Source of the DNA: Chiloscyllium plagiosum
Taxonomy: Eukaryota
Direction: 5' to 3'
NCBI RefSeq assembly: GCF_004010195.1
Contig: NC_057718.1
Coordinates: forward strand, 35,057,376-35,116,419
Length of the DNA stretch: 59,044 nt
Below are positions 37,655 to 51,454 of the stretch, piece by piece. The first letter of the stretch is position 1. Each line of letters begins with the position of its first letter. The translations under genes and the position numbers were made by a program. The notes beneath the pieces are model-generated. The model searched no databases. It was not told where the DNA came from and worked only from the letters and a program-made list of their open reading frames with translations.

Positions 37655-37880
37655 TATATATTTACAGCATTCTTAATATAGTAAACTGTCCCAAGACACT
37701 TCACAGAGTAGTGCCAGAGAACTTGACAGCAACCAAAGGAGGAGATAATCAGGAGAGTGAAGAAACTGTTGGTCAATGAGCTACATTTAAAGGAATATTC
37801 TAATTGAGGAGATGGCTGTGAGAAGATGGAGAATTTAAGGAAGGAATTCAAGATCTGGTCTGAGACAGCTGAAGATAAAA
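37655..37880 (-). mobile_element. L2-like 3' end fragment
   Basis: tatttacagcattcttaatatagtaaactgtcccaagacacttcacag resembles the reverse complement of an L2 3' end (ctgtgaagcgccttgggac...tatataaatg). Confidence 0.45.
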
Positions 37881-38204
37881 GCAGGGAATCTTATGCTTTT
37901 TTTAGTTAAGCCTGAGTTGCATCTGGATTTTTTTGAAGGGTTGTCTTCATGAGGCCTAGTGAGTTCTCTTGCCAACTCTTATTAAATCTGCCTCATTAGT
38001 TATTCACCCTGCTCCATTAAGTGTCTCACATCAGATTTCTGCCCTATCTCATTACACGATGATCCCAGAACAACTCACTACTCACCAGATATCCTAGAGT
38101 GCAACGCTATTCCCTGCGCCCACGCCAACTTTAAAAGTCTGTTGTGCACCTGGAGAAGTACTGTTAGACCAGACCTTCCCTGTACGACTCCTGACATGTT
38201 CCTG

Positions 38205-38790
38205 AAAAATTTGGTGCCCAGTTTTGTGGCCAGGGTCATGAAGGTGCTGCTGGACAGGGTGTAGCTGAAATGAGAACTTCCTCCTCCTCCATCACCAGAA
38301 GTGGAGGCTAGGACAGCAGACCACTCGAGCCTGATCTGAAGTTGCCACCCAGGTTAAAACCGTGTCAGGTGTCTGGAGGAATGCCCAGAATTCCAGGAAG
38401 AAGTTCAATGATCATCTCCACTCCACCAACAGAAATGCCTTCTCTCTGGTACGTCACAATCACTCCATCTCTACTACTGCACTGACCTCCCACAAAGGCT
38501 CATGCTCTAGCACTTACTTTTCCACTCTCTCTCACCTACCCCAGTTGCTGAAACCATTAAATCTAGATGCCCTCTGTGATGCCCACTCACTTGCCTGGGA
38601 AACCTCTCCAACACCAACAGAAGTAGCTCTACCACCTTTTTTTCATCTTCTGTAATACCTGCCTGTCTCTCATCCCATGGGGAAAATAACCCATAATAGG
38701 GTCAAAATACTCAGGATGAGTGGTGCTCCATCCACCATTCAACTCCTTACTCCTTATGAGGATAAAATCCTAAATCTGAACAGAGCCTGG
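38205..38790 (+). mobile_element. Decayed PIF/Harbinger Myb/SANT DNA-binding gene with intron
   Basis: A*SEVATQVKTVSGVWRNAQNSRKKFND matches W.EVA..V......R...Q.RKKFND. A second block, KITHNRVKILRMSGAPSTIQLLTPYEDKILNL, follows at ~38683-38778. Confidence 0.65.
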
Positions 38791-39056
38791 ACTAGTCTTG
38801 GAGGCTGCCCTTGACTTATTGTGTTGAAAACCCCTGAGTGAAGGCTACATCTTTGACTTGATGAATACCTGCTGACAACTATGATAATCTTCATGGCTTT
38901 ATGTCTGTGCTACATGGGTTCAACAAGACAGCAGTTATATGAATCTGATCTCTCTGACTGAGATGGGGGTGGCAAGTGCAAAAAGGCAAGGCAACTTAGT
39001 ATAGGACAGGGATGCTGTGAGCATCCAGGTAGGCTCAGGGTGAGTGAGCACCATTT

Positions 39057-39370
39057 GTTTTAATTTCAAAAATATACTTTATTCATAAAAAATCTCTTTG
39101 TATATGTACATTGTCATAAAAGCAGTTTGGTTCCATACAATTACATATCAACTAAATAAACAAAACATTGGACTTTGACTCTATTCAAAAAAAAGACCTG
39201 TCTTACACATACAATACTGGTATGTACATATATTTGAGGCACTGGGAGAGTCAGATAACTGAATGGACCCCCATTTAGTTTCAGCAGGAAGACCTCAAAC
39301 AGTGGGTTTTCCCCACAGCGCCTTGGCAGCAGCAGCCCTAAGCTTTAGTGTGTTCCTCAGCACATAGCCC
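39057..39370 (-). mobile_element. L1-Tx1 3' end
   Basis: The - strand reads YVLRNTLKLRAAAAKALWGKPTV* (Tx1 C-terminus), then a 3' UTR with AATAAA and an A-rich tail. Confidence 0.75.
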
Positions 39371-39721
39371 ACCTTGTTCAAACCCCTATATGATTCTGCA
39401 CACACTCACCAATGAGAGAACAAAGAGAGTGCAGTGGGGGCCAAGTGCGAAACATAACCATCAGTGAAACAGTGGCTACAGAGGTTTGGGGCTGAAGTCA
39501 TTGCGGAGTTTGAGGGAGCAGAGAAGAACTTGAAACATATGTCCATTTAAAATATAAGATGAGTGCTTTCAATGTCAAAGATGGGTGTGGGGGGGTGGGG
39601 TAAGAACTAATGTAGCTTATTGCAGACACTAGTATTGGTGAGCAGAATACTGGAGAGTGTATCATTTTATTAGATCACCAGGGCATTCTCTGTACAATGG
39701 CAAATGGACATTGAATCTTAG

Positions 39722-40013
39722 CTTAGATTCCCTAGGTTGTGGAAACAGGCCCTTCAGCCCAACAAGTCCACACCAATCCTCCGAAGAGTAACCCCCCCTA
39801 ACCCATTTCCCTCTGACTAATGCACCTAACACAATAGGCAATTTAGCACGACCAATTCATCTGACCTGCACATCATTGGACTGTGGGAGGAAACCCATGC
39901 AGATATAGGGAGAATGTGCAAACTCTACACAGACAGTCACTCAAGGCTGGAATCAAACCTGTGACCTTGGTGCTGTGAGGCAGCAGTGCTAACCACTGAG
40001 CTACTGTGCCCCC
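39722..40013 (-). mobile_element. HE1-type tRNA SINE
   Basis: Same sequence family as the other HE1 copies. Confidence 0.9.
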
Positions 40014-40899
40014 AACACTTTTGTCAACCAGATTCTGTTAAAAGTACAAAGAACATTGATGTTTATTACTAGATTTCAGAGATTGATATGTGGAGAATGG
40101 CTGCTTGAACATGGGGCTGTTTTGCATTTTCAGCAATGTACAGCCTAACCTTTTTAGTCTTAAAAATGTTACGCTAGCAACAATTTTAGACACCCTGGTG
40201 ACAAATTCTAATGACAGGAAATGACTGTTTGCCCTTTAGCACTTCTCTAACTGTTGAAATTTCATCATCACTCACAGCTTGTGAACAGAGCTGTGTTTGG
40301 ATGAAGCCTATGGGAGAATTATACTTTCTTAATGGGAGTGAGCACCAAAGCTTCCTGCTCACAGTTCTCTTGAACACATAAGTGATTCTGCACTGTCTGG
40401 CAAAGTGTGGCTGAGATATGTATACCAGAAGCCAGTTTAAAGCACCTGGAATAATTTCAGTTATAATTATTAGTATTGCATTCAAGAAATCAACGTCAAG
40501 CTTAAATCATCTGATCTTTAGCTGCTTGGCCTCAGTCTACCGAAGCTGTCACTATTTATGCCAGTCTAACATTCACAGATGTATCTCGCACTGAAATTCT
40601 GAAAGGGGCTATACACTACATAATGAAGGGCTGTGCAAGAGATTTAACAGGTTGAAAAAAAATCACGTATTTTTAGTTGCAGGGCATTGGAATTCAGGTT
40701 ATGTCTGCAGCCAATCCCTTTGAGTTGGACCTTAACTTTGAACAACCTCCTCAATTGCATGGACTTAGGTTGAGTGTGTCACTAAGTAGCGGGAATGGGA
40801 TACTGAAATTGTGTGGTCAGCCATGATCATATCACATGGTGGTGCAGGCTCGAAGGGCCGAATGGCCTACTCCTGCACCTATTTTCTACTTTTCTCTGT

Positions 40900-41187
40900 T
40901 AAATTGCAGCCTGGCTGAATGCTCAACAGGGAGCCACACCCTGCAAGACTGGCATGTTATCCAAATACCTCCAGCTCTGAAAGAATACCAATGCTTCAAG
41001 GGAAATGGGGCACATCTCTCATGGCAACTCAACAATCTATCCTCCAACAGGTAACCAATTGCTGACGCACTTGCCAGTGAAATGGTACTGGCTCTGTGTC
41101 CTCTCCCAGGGTGACAGTATTCACACTCTCACCACAGCTACCTTCTACCAATGCTCCTGCCAACCCAACTTCAAATGCTGTCACTTG
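40900..41187 (+). mobile_element. Possible very decayed Harbinger transposase fragment
   Basis: GTSLMATQQSILQQVTNC resembles GISQS..H..I.QVT.AL. A later cccagggtg resembles FP.V.G. Confidence 0.25.
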
Positions 41188-41529
41188 CATAGAATCCCTG
41201 TAGTGTGGAAGCAAGCCATTCAGTCCTTTGATTCATACCGACCCTCCGAAGAGCGCTATGCCCGGACCCACCCCTTTCCCTATAACCCTGCAGTTTTCAT
41301 GGCTAATTCACCAACCTGCACATCCATTGACACATAGGCAATTTAGCATGATCAATCCACCTAACTTGCATATCTTTGGACTGTGGGAGGAAACTGGACC
41401 AGGAGGAAACCCACGCAGATGTAGGGAGAATGTGTAAACTCCACACAGTCAGTCGCCCAATGTTAGAATCGAACCTGAGTCCTTGGTGTAGTGAGGCAGC
41501 AGTGCTAACCACTGAGCCACCGTGCCACC
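41188..41529 (-). mobile_element. HE1-type tRNA SINE
   Basis: The - strand head ggtggcacggtggctcagtggttagcactgctgcctca is followed by the B-box ggttcgattc. Confidence 0.9.
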
Positions 41530-42230
41530 TCACAAATTGCATCTCGAGGCGATGCAGTCTGAAGGTGGGCCATCAAGGCCTGAAGTCTCTTGAAGGGAAC
41601 CTTCAGGGATCACTGCAGCCTTCTCCAGCAAAAGTCAGCAGTTCCCCACCGTTCATGTTATAGTTCTATCACTTCAAGACCAGGAAGTGTGCAGGGGACG
41701 AGCTGGTGTGGGTGTTTGCAAAATCAACAGAGGTGGTGAGGAGCGACATGCATGTTGCTCCCCTGGCTCACCATCAGCACAAAAAGTAGTAAATGACCCT
41801 CTTATCCTTAGACCAACTACAGACTGCTTAAAGGCCCTTGCCCATCACTGTTGGTATCTTATTGGTGGCAGGTGTGGGGCATTTTGAATGGTAGCCTCCT
41901 GACAAGTTGGGGTGGGGGTAAGGGGAAGTCAGTTTCCCAAGCAGGAGAGGACCAACGCTTGTTGGGGCCTGTCTGATGGGCCCTGGGCAGCCCGACCTAT
42001 CTTAAGCTAATGGTGGGACAGGCTCGATCTTCACTCCTGTGGTCAGCTTTCATCCCTTACAAGGACAGAAGAGCCAGTTGCATGCAATTATTTGTCTGAG
42101 GAATGCCAATTTCTAACAGGGCTTCCATGACAGGCTAAGGTAAGGTGGTCCCCAGCATTCTGGCTGGTGAACTGAACCATCACTATTCCATAAAACCCTG
42201 GCCCATTGGAGCAGCAGGAAGAAAGATACA

Positions 42231-43492
42231 GGGAAAAAGTGAGAGCTGGAGAGTTAGAGTCAAAATATATGGTGCTGTAAAAGCACAGCAGGTCAAGTAC
42301 CCATCTAAGGAGCAGGAGAGTTGATGTTTTGGGAATAAGCCCTTCATCAGGAATGTGGGAGCTGGAAGGGGGCTGAGAGATAAATAGGAGGGTGGGGTGG
42401 GGTGTGGCAAGGTAGCTGAGAAAGCAATAGATAGATGCAGGTGGGGGGTGATGGTGCTATATTGGTGGGGAGGGTGGAGTGGATTGATGGGAAGGAAGAT
42501 GGACATGTAAGACAGCTCAAGAGAGCAAGTTGGAGGATTGGATCTGGAATGAGGTGGGGGAGGGGAGATTTGGAAACTAGTGAAGTCGATGCCGTGTGGT
42601 TGGAGGGTCCCAAGACGGACTATGAGGTGTTCTTCTTTCAGTCGTCTGGTGGCTTGAATTTGGCGGTGGAAGAGGCCCAGGACTTGCATGTCCTTGGCAG
42701 AGTGGGAGGGGGAGTTGAAGTGTTCAGCCACAGGGCAGTGGGGAGTTTGGTATGTGTGTCCCAGAGATGTTCCCTGAAATGTTCTGCAAGTTGGCGTCCT
42801 GTCTCCCCAATGTAGAGAAGACCACATCGAGAATAACAGACACAGTAGATGCGGTGTTTAGATATCAGGGAAATCTCTGCCGGATGTGGAAGGATCCTTT
42901 TGGGCCTTGGATAGAGGTATGGGAGGAGGTGTGGGCGCAGGTTTTACATCTCTTGCACTGGCAAGAGAAGGTGGCAGGTGTGGAGGATGGGAGCGGGGTA
43001 TGTAAACCTAACAAGGGAATCACAGAGGGAATGGTCTCTGCAGAACACAGTTGGGGTGGAGAGGGATATATATCCCTGGTGGTGGGGTCTGGCTGTAGAT
43101 GGCGAAAATGGCAGAGGATAATGCTGTATCCAGAGATTAGTGGAGTGGAAGGTGAGGACCAGGGATGTTATATCCTTGTTACATTTGGAGGGGTGGGGTT
43201 CCAGAGCGGAAGTGTGGTAAGTGGAGGAAATGCGCTGGAGGGTATTGTTGATCATGTGGGAGAGGAAATTGCGGTCTTTGAAAAAGGAGGACATCGGATG
43301 CCTCACCTGCATCTACTTATTGCCTTCCCAGCTACCTTCCACCCAGCACCACCCCCATGCTCCTAATTATCTCTCAGCCTCCCACCCGCTCACATGCCTG
43401 ATGAAGTGCTTATGCCCAAAACGTCAACCCTTCTGCTCCTCGGATGCTGCCTGACCTGCTGTGCTTTTGCAGCAACACACCTTTCGACTTGA
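42231..43492 (-). mobile_element. Penelope-like element (Neptune-like) with inverted pLTR and ~13-bp TSD
   Basis: The - strand reads PVAEHFNSPSHSAKDMQVLGL...RRLKEEHLIVRLGTLQPHG and MSSFFKDRNF. A + strand pLTR copy sits at 43300-43490. gaRgaaagataca occurs at 42218-42230 and 43493-43505. Confidence 0.9.
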
Positions 43493-44487
43493 GAGGAAAG
43501 ATACACACAAGTAAACTTTAAGAGAAGAAGATAGTTCATTTTGGGTTGGCATAAATGGATTTGGCATTGGATAAGAGTGTTTTGGAAAGGTTCACATTAG
43601 TGTTTTTTGTAGCAGTATTTATCCAATAGGACGCTGAGATGAGGAGTCCAAGAAAGGTGGGAAGGTGAAGATTAGAGAAGCCATGATGACGAAAAATAAG
43701 CAGAGCCTGGGTACATGCCCCTGAACACCTTTTCCAGAATGAGGGAGTCTTTTTGTGCCACCTCCCAGTTTTTTTCCCACTTCCTGCTCCTCCTCCTTTG
43801 GTGATACCAGGCCTTCTATCTGGAGGCCTGATAGAAACAACTTTGACACAAAGTTCAGACAGTATAGGAGGATTCCTCCACTGCATAAAGCAAAATAGTG
43901 GAACCATCGCTTACATATCTTAACCTTCTGTCCAATGACATTGTCAGTGGCTGCTTTCCTTAAGAGCCCATGAAGCAGAGTGGTTTTATCAATCTGCTGT
44001 AAATGCAAATATGTCACGTGTTCAAGTTTCTCTTGGTAGTTTGAGCAATACTGAACAGCAGACTGTCTCAAGTTGAAGGAATGATGGGCATTCATTGACA
44101 TATTAGTTTGTGCATGCTCATACATCAAGCTGCACATTATTGGAAACTTTGACCTTGTAGATCTTGGATCTCACCTTGTTAGTATTTAGCGACCTCTGAG
44201 ATACATAGGAGCAATTGATTGTTCTTTGCAACTTTGAAAATCCTGCCAGGTTGGCAAAATCTTAGGTCTGCATGTCCTGCTTCTCTCTGATTAGAAACAA
44301 AATAAAAGTACAATATTGATTATGGTTGCTCAGTGTATCCTTGTTACAAGGCATAGTAAACATTCCATTCATGCAGCTAAAGTAAAATTTTAATGAAATT
44401 GTTTTCATAACTTATCCTTTGCTCTCAGTTGCAGTAAAGAAAAATATTCCTTAGAGATATCTTTACAAGATACAAGATAACATTAAT

Positions 44488-44720
44488 AACTTGCATTTAT
44501 ATAGGTTTGTAAACATATTACTAAAGTGCTTCATAATAGCTATTATCAAAGAAAACTTTTCACCGAGTCACCTAAAGAGTTATCAGGGCAGATGAGCAAA
44601 ATGGATAAAGAGGGGTGTGTTAAAAGAGGAAAGTGAGGTAAAGAGAGGAAAAGGACTCAGGAGCTGAAGGAGCAGCTACCAATTGTGTAGTGATTTGGAA
44701 TAGACAGAAGTCCAGAATTA
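44488..44720 (-). mobile_element. L2-like 3' end fragment
   Basis: aacttgcatttatatag...aaagtgcttcata is the reverse complement of an L2-type tail. Confidence 0.45.
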
Positions 44721-46605
44721 GAGGATAATAATTAATGAAGATTTTTTTTTAATGTTTGTCGCTTATTTAACTTTTCAAGCTCCAATTCTATCAATCTCCA
44801 GTGGGGCTGACCCATTTGACAACATTTAATTGAGAAAAGCTACGTTCCATAAAGAATAATACAAAGAACTGCAATATTGGAAATCTGGAACAAAAAAACT
44901 GAAATTGCTAGAGAAGTTAAGCAGGTCTGATAGCAACTGTGGACAGAGAGCAGGGTTTGTGGCCAATGACCCCTCTCCAGAACTGAAGAAGTGCAGAAAG
45001 GTCACTGGAGCCAAAGAGTTAACTCTCTTTTCTCTCCAAAGATGCTGTCAGAAAAATGGGATAATGGCAGTTCAGAGGCAGGATGTTCCTATTCGTGTGA
45101 ATGGCAAGACTGGTAGATGTAGGGAATGCTGAATGACAAGAGAAATTGAGGCTCTGATCAAGAAGAAGGAGGCTATGTCAAGCATGGATAGCTGGGATTG
45201 AGTGTATCACTAGAAGAGTATAAGGGCAGTGGGAGTATACTTAAGAGGGAAATCAGGAGGACAAAAAGGTGATGAGGTAGCTTGGGCAAATAGGGTTAAA
45301 GAAAATCCAAGGAGATCCTGCAAATACATTAAGGACAAAAAAAGTAACTATGGAGAGAATATGGCCTTCTTAAAGACAACAAGGCCATCTATGTGTGGAA
45401 CCGCAGGAAATAGGTGAAATACTAAGTGAGTATTTTGTGTTATAATTTATCAGGAGAAGGATATGAAAGCTAGGGAACTTGAAGAAATAAACAGTGCTAT
45501 CTTGAAAAGTGACCATGTTGCAGAAGAGGAGGTGCTGAACATTGTAAAACACATAAAAGTGGACAAAGCCCCAGAACCTGGTCAGATGTATCCCAGAACT
45601 TTGTGGGAAGCTGGGGAAGTGATTACTGGGCCCCTTGCTGAGATATTTGTGTCATCAAAAGCCATGGGTGACGTGCTGGAACACTGGAGGGTGACTAATC
45701 TGGTGCCACTATTTAAGAAAGGCAGTAAGGAAAGGCCAGGAACTTTAGACCGCTGAACTTGATGTCAGTGGTGGGTGAATTGTTGGAGGGGCGTCTAAAG
45801 GATAGGATTTACACGTATTTGGAAAAGATTAGGAATAGTCAACATGGCTTTGTACATAGAAAATTGTGTCTTATTAACTTGATTGAGTTTTTTGAAGTGA
45901 CAAAGAAGATTGATCGAGGCAGAGCAGTGGACACTGCCTATATAGACTTCAGCAAGGCCTTTGACAAGGTTCTGCATGGTAGACTGGTTAGCAAGGTTAG
46001 AGCATATGGAGTTCAGGTAGAGCTAGCCATTTGGATACAATATTGGCTTGAAGGTAGGAGACAGAAGGTGGTGGTAGAGTGTTTTATTTTGGACAGGAGG
46101 CCTGTGACCAACAATGTGCTAGGTCCACTGTTTTTGTCATTTCTACCAAATATTTGAATGTGAATATAGGAAGGATGGTTAATAAGTTTGCAGTTAGTAA
46201 TGTAGTGGGCAGTGAAGAATATTATCTCAGAGTACAATAAGACCTTGATCAACTGGGCCAATGGGTTGAGGAGTGACAGATGGAGTTTAATGAAGATAAA
46301 TGTAAGGTATAGCATTTTGGTAAGGCAAATCAGGGCAGGACTTATACAGTTAGTGGTAGGGTCGTGGGGAGTATTGCTGAACGAAGAGAGCCCATGGGGC
46401 AGATACATAGTTCCTTGAAGGTGAAGTCACAGGTAGACAGGGTGGTGAAAAAGGCTGTTAGTCCACTTGCCTTTACTGGTCACTGCATTGAGTCTTGGAG
46501 TTGGGATGTCATGTTGCGGCTGTATAGGGTATTGGTTAGGCTACTTTTAGAATAGTGCATTCAGTTCTGGTCTCCCTATAATAGGAAAGGTGTAGTTAAA
46601 CTTGA

Positions 46606-47185
46606 ATTAGAAGAATTAGAATTAGCCTTTATTGTTACATATACTCAATAAATATAGTGAGAAGCTGATATGGCACCACTTGCAGCACCAGCTTAGATAC
46701 AAAGGTACCTATGTACAGCTTTTTTAGGTACAAAATCTTCGAAAATAGAGACATATAATTACAAAAATAAAAGTTCAGAACCACAGTCTTCTAAACCAGA
46801 CCACACCAGTACCTGGCCTCTAGTCTGCACCAAGTCCTGGGTCCAGACTGCACTTGGCTTCAACTTGAGGACCGTGAGGCTGGGAGATTGCTTCAGACTG
46901 TGGTGCTAGGCCAAGGAAGCCACACCAGGCCAAGAGAACACCACACCCATGAGGCTGCCCTGGGGGCCACTACAATAGGTGGGGAGGCCACTACGCCAGG
47001 CCGGGAGGTCAACAGTCATCAGAGGCCAGGAGTCAACCGGAAGTTGTTGCCAGAGATCGGGAATCATCAGAGGCTGGAAGAGAAAAAGAAAATAAACACT
47101 GAGGTGGAAGAAAAGAGAAAGAAGAGGAAGAATGGGCAGAGTGAATGAACTCTGGCCAGAGTGTCCTACTCTGCTGCCATTGTGA
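46606..47185 (-). mobile_element. Non-autonomous Rex1/Babar-like element (second copy)
   Basis: The - strand starts aatggcagcagagtaggacactctggcc and ends ctcactatatttattgagtatatgtaacaataaa plus a (tctaat)-like tail. Collinear with 22140-22616. Confidence 0.45.
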
Positions 47186-47383
47186 ACCAGAATGGAGGCA
47201 GGAAAGGATATTACCAGGGTTGAAAGGTTTAAGCTGCAGGGAGGGGCTGAATAGGCTGGCAATTTTCCCTGGAGTGCTGAATGCTGTGGGGTGATCTTAT
47301 GGAGGTTTATAAAGTGGTGAGGGGCATGGATAGGGTGAATAGTCAAGGTCTATTTCTCAGGTTGGGTGAGTCCAAAGGTCCGA

Positions 47384-47668
47384 TCATAGAAACCCAAAAT
47401 CCCAGTCTGCAAGCAGGCCTTTCAGCCCATCAAGTCTACACTGACCCTCTGAAGAGCATCCCAACCAGACCCGACCCATCCCTGTAACCCTGCATTTCCC
47501 ATGGCTAATCCATCTAGTCCACATGTCTTTGGAAACTCACACAGATATGGGGAGAATATGCAAACTCCACACAGACAGTTACAAAAGGCTGGAATCAAAT
47601 CCCTGGTCCCTGGCACTGCGAGGCAGCACTATGAGGGAGTACTGCTAACCACTGGGCCACTGTGCCAT
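47384..47668 (-). mobile_element. HE1-type tRNA SINE inserted in CR1
   Basis: Interrupts the CR1 ESK/TRGH motif. Confidence 0.85.
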
Positions 47669-49207
47669 CTTGGAGGGCATAGGTTTAAGGTGAGAGGGCA
47701 AAGATATAAAATACACCTAAGGGACAGCTTTTTCACACAGAGTTTGGTGTGTGTATGGAATGAGCTGCCAGAGGAAGTGGTGGAAGTGAGTACAATTGCA
47801 ACATTTAAAAGTTGTCTGGATGGTACATGAATAGGAAGGATTTCGTGGGATATGGGCCAAATGCTAACAAATGAGATTAGATTAATTTAGGATATCTGGT
47901 CAGCAGAGACAAGTTGGACAAAAGGATCTGTTTCCGTGCTGTACAACTCCATGACTTTATGACAGTAACCTTCAGAGTTTCTCCAGCAATTTCTGTTATG
48001 GTTTCTATGAAGAGATGTATAACTTTCTCCCTGCACATATGGACCGTGAATACTGTACTGTCATGCACCTGTGCAGGGCAAATCTCCTGGTTATGCACTT
48101 CACTACTTTGTCAAAAGGGTGCTGCTTGGACCTAGACTGTAGTCACTTGTATGCGGCTTCCCTCCATCCCTGAAAATTGGAGTTGACATGAAGTTAAATG
48201 GCAATTGTAAACATCTTCTAGTCCTTACTAGGATCATGTGGTTTATCCGATCATTACTTGGCATTTTTCTGTAACATACAATTTTGTTTCAAAATGCACC
48301 AATATATACAATTTTCACATCAGTTTAATTTTTTTCAGTGACTATATATATATATACTTATAAATCTACTAAGACCAGTTCATCCTCTCATACTAACCCA
48401 CACTGCCCTACTTAGCGGTGAAAAGCTTGTAAGAAAAAATTGTAATGTACGCTATTCATTATTAACTAGACTATGTTCTGATCCCACAGTCCCACACCAC
48501 ACCCAACCACCCTGGACTGTGGTTTCTATGAAATGCATTATGCATACCCCCCAGTGAACAGTGTGAGCATACTTGAGCAGCCAATGTCTCCAGTGGGATC
48601 ACTAATCCACCAAAACGTCTTCTTGGCTTGAGATCAGGACATATGCCTATTCTTGCTCCAGTATTGAGTTTTGGTGCCATGAGGCCACCCAGATAGAAGC
48701 CCACAGGCTTAAATTCAAACGCTGCACTTGATTCACAAAAGCCTTTAAGTTCCCTCCCCTCCCCAAACCCTACTATCCTACCACAGCAAAAGTAGATAGT
48801 ACACAAATAAAATATCATTCTGAGTTATGATTTATTCAATTTTCATAACGCCAAAAGAATTGCTTTGTAGATTTTCCAAGCTGACCAAAATGATCTGGCA
48901 GATTTGAAATTTAAATTATAAATGTCACCAAAAAGGTAATTATCACTGTTAACTTTTTAAACTGAGAATGGTTACAGAATTTTTGTTACAGTGCTAGGTT
49001 TTTGTCCTCCCACCATCACCTCCATTTCTAATAGAATCAATAGGTCATGAAATTTAAATCTGTGTCTCCATACCATCTTTTATTGCAAATGGACAGGCCA
49101 GTCTGGGTTCTATGTAATTATTTCTTATTGAATCCTCCCTGTTCTATCAATCAGTAGCTTGCTGAACATGGATTTCTGCTATGCAGTCAAATAGTTTTCA
49201 GATCATA

Positions 49208-49588
49208 GTGACCTTATAGAGGTTTACAAAATTATGAGGGACATGGATAGGATAAATAGACAAAATCTTTTCCCTCGGGTTGGGGAGTCCGGAACTAGGG
49301 GCATAGGTTTAGGGTGAGAGGGGAAAGATATAAAAGGGACCTAAGGGGCAACTTTTTCACGCAGAGGGTGGTACATGTATGTAATGAGCTGCCAGAGGAA
49401 GTGGTGGAAGCTGGTACAATTGCAACATTTAAAAGGCGTTTGGATGGGTATATGAATAGGAAGGGTTTGGAGGGATCTGGGCCGGATGCTGGCAGGTGTA
49501 ACTAGATTGGATTGGGATATCTGGTCGGCATGGATGGGTTGGACTGAAGAGTCTGCTTCCATGCTGTACATCTCTATGACTCTGTGAC
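49208..49588 (+). mobile_element. CR1 (HER1-like) 3' end
   Basis: GERYKRDLRGNFFTQRVVHVCNELPEEVVEAG followed by a (ctatgact) tail. Confidence 0.9.
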
Positions 49589-50096
49589 TATCATAGCTGA
49601 ATTGGCGTCTCATCTCAATGAAGAATAATTCTGCTCTGCAAATACAATGTGTCAGCTTTTGCATCCAGTGACTGAATGGTTCCAGTTTTTATTGAACAAA
49701 ATTCAATTTATGGGTTTTTGCACTGGATGGTCTCCATTAGGCTGAAAGAAAGCGCATGTCCTCTTCAGAGCAACATGGATGTACAGAAACGGGACAAACA
49801 ATTATGAAGCTTCATATTCTATCATGTTGAAAAATTATTAAGAGAAATACAATTCTAAATCAGAAAGTGTCACTTAAAATATTTTGTTCAATGTCAAATC
49901 CGATACAGAATGTGAACTAAAGAGAGGGAAAGAAAGATTGGATTAAGAGTGATTAAAGGAACAGAAGAAAAATATTTTTAATATCAATTGTACAAAATAT
50001 ATAGGAATAAATTAATAACCATTAAACAATAATTAAAATTTGAAGGTATGAAATTCCACAATAATTGATGTTAATTTTCAGTACCAGGAAGGCTTT

Positions 50097-51420
50097 GTGA
50101 TAGGATGAGATTTCTGAATACTTGGTAGTGTATGGTAAAATAGGGCCAAGTCCGCATGGTTTCATCAAGGGGAGGTCATGGCTGACAAATCTGCTAGAAT
50201 GCTTTGAGGAGGTAACGAGCAGGTTAGACCAAGAAGAGCCAATGGATGTTATCTACCTGGACCTCCAGAAGGCCTTTGACAAGGTGCCACATAGGAGGCT
50301 GCTGAGTAAGATAGGGGCCCATTGTGTTAGAGGCAAGGTTCCAGCATGCATTAAAGATTGGCTATCTGGCAGAATGCAGAGAGTGTGGATAAAAGGGTCC
50401 TTCTCAGGATGTCAGCTGGTGACTATTAGTGTTCCACAATGATCAGTGTTGGGACCATCACTTTACACATTAATGATCCAGATAAAGGAACTGAGGGCAT
50501 TCTGGCCAAATTTGCAGATGACACAAAGATAGGGACAAATAGTATTGAGGAGGCGGGGAGGCTGCAGAATGGTTTAGATAGATTAGGAGAATGGGCAAAG
50601 AAGTGGCAGGTGGAATACAATGTGGGAAAGTGTGAGGCCATGCACTTTAGTAGAAAGGATAGATGTAGAGACTATTTTCTAAATGGGGGGTAAAGTACAG
50701 AAATCTGAAGTGCAAAGGAACTTGGGAGTTCTAGTCCAAGATTCTCTTAAGGTAAACTTGCAGGTTGAGTCAGTAGTTCGGAAGGAAAATACAATGTTGG
50801 CTTTTATTATAAGAGGACTAGAATATAAAAGCAGGGATGCACTTCTGAGGCTTTACAAGGCTCTGGTCAGACCACATTTACAGTATTTGAGCAATTTTGG
50901 GCCCCATATCTCAGGAAGGACGTACTGGCCCTGGAGTGGGTCCAGGGGAAAGGTCACGAAAATGATCCCAGGAATGAAAGGCTTAATGTGTGAGGAACGT
51001 TTGAGGACTTCATGTCTACATTCGATGGAGTTTGGAATGATGGGGGGATCTAACTGAAACTTACTGAAAGGCCTGGACAAGATAGGCGTTGAGAAGATAT
51101 TTCCATTGGTGGGAGAGACCAGGGCCTGAGGGCACAGATTTAGAGTAAAGGGAAGACCTTTTAGACCAGTCATAAAGAGAAACTCCTTCAGCCAGAGAGT
51201 AGTGAATTTATGGAATTCACTGTTACAGAAGGCTGTGGAGGCCAGTCATTGAGTATGTTTAAGACAGAGATGGATACGTTCTTGATTGTCAAGAGGATCA
51301 ACGGTAATGGGGAGAAAGCAGGAGAATGGGCTTGAGAAACTTATCAGCCACTATTGAATGGCAGAGCAAACTCAATGGGCTGAATGGCCTAAATACCACT
51401 CCTATGTCTTGTGGTCTAAT
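50097..51420 (+). mobile_element. CR1 LINE (second subfamily), RT to 3' end
   Basis: HGFIKGRSWLTNLLECFEEV, YLDLQKAFDKVPHRRL, KFADDTKIG and LYKALVRPHLQY. Confidence 0.9.
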
Positions 51421-51454
51421 TGAGAGTTACGTTGATAAAAGATTACAAGATAAG

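Larger units (their letters stand above)
45053..47963 (+). mobile_element. CR1 (HER1-like) LINE, 5'-truncated, RT to 3' tail, with two nested insertions
   Basis: KVDKAPEPGQMYPR...WRVTNLVPLFKKG, SQHGFV...CLINLIEFF, YIDFSKAFDKV and WNELPEEVVE, followed by a 3' tail. Confidence 0.9.
44866..48008. mobile_element. Inverted PLE-terminus mini-element split by a CR1 insertion
   Basis: 44866-45052 forms an inverted pair. Its right arm resumes after the CR1 at ~47969 (gagtttctccagcaatttctg), the reverse complement of the left arm gaaattgctagagaag. Confidence 0.6.

Noticed and set aside
43619..44137. 172-aa ORF on the - strand
   Set aside because: No recognisable domain and only a vague Cys/His pattern, so it cannot be supported as a gene.
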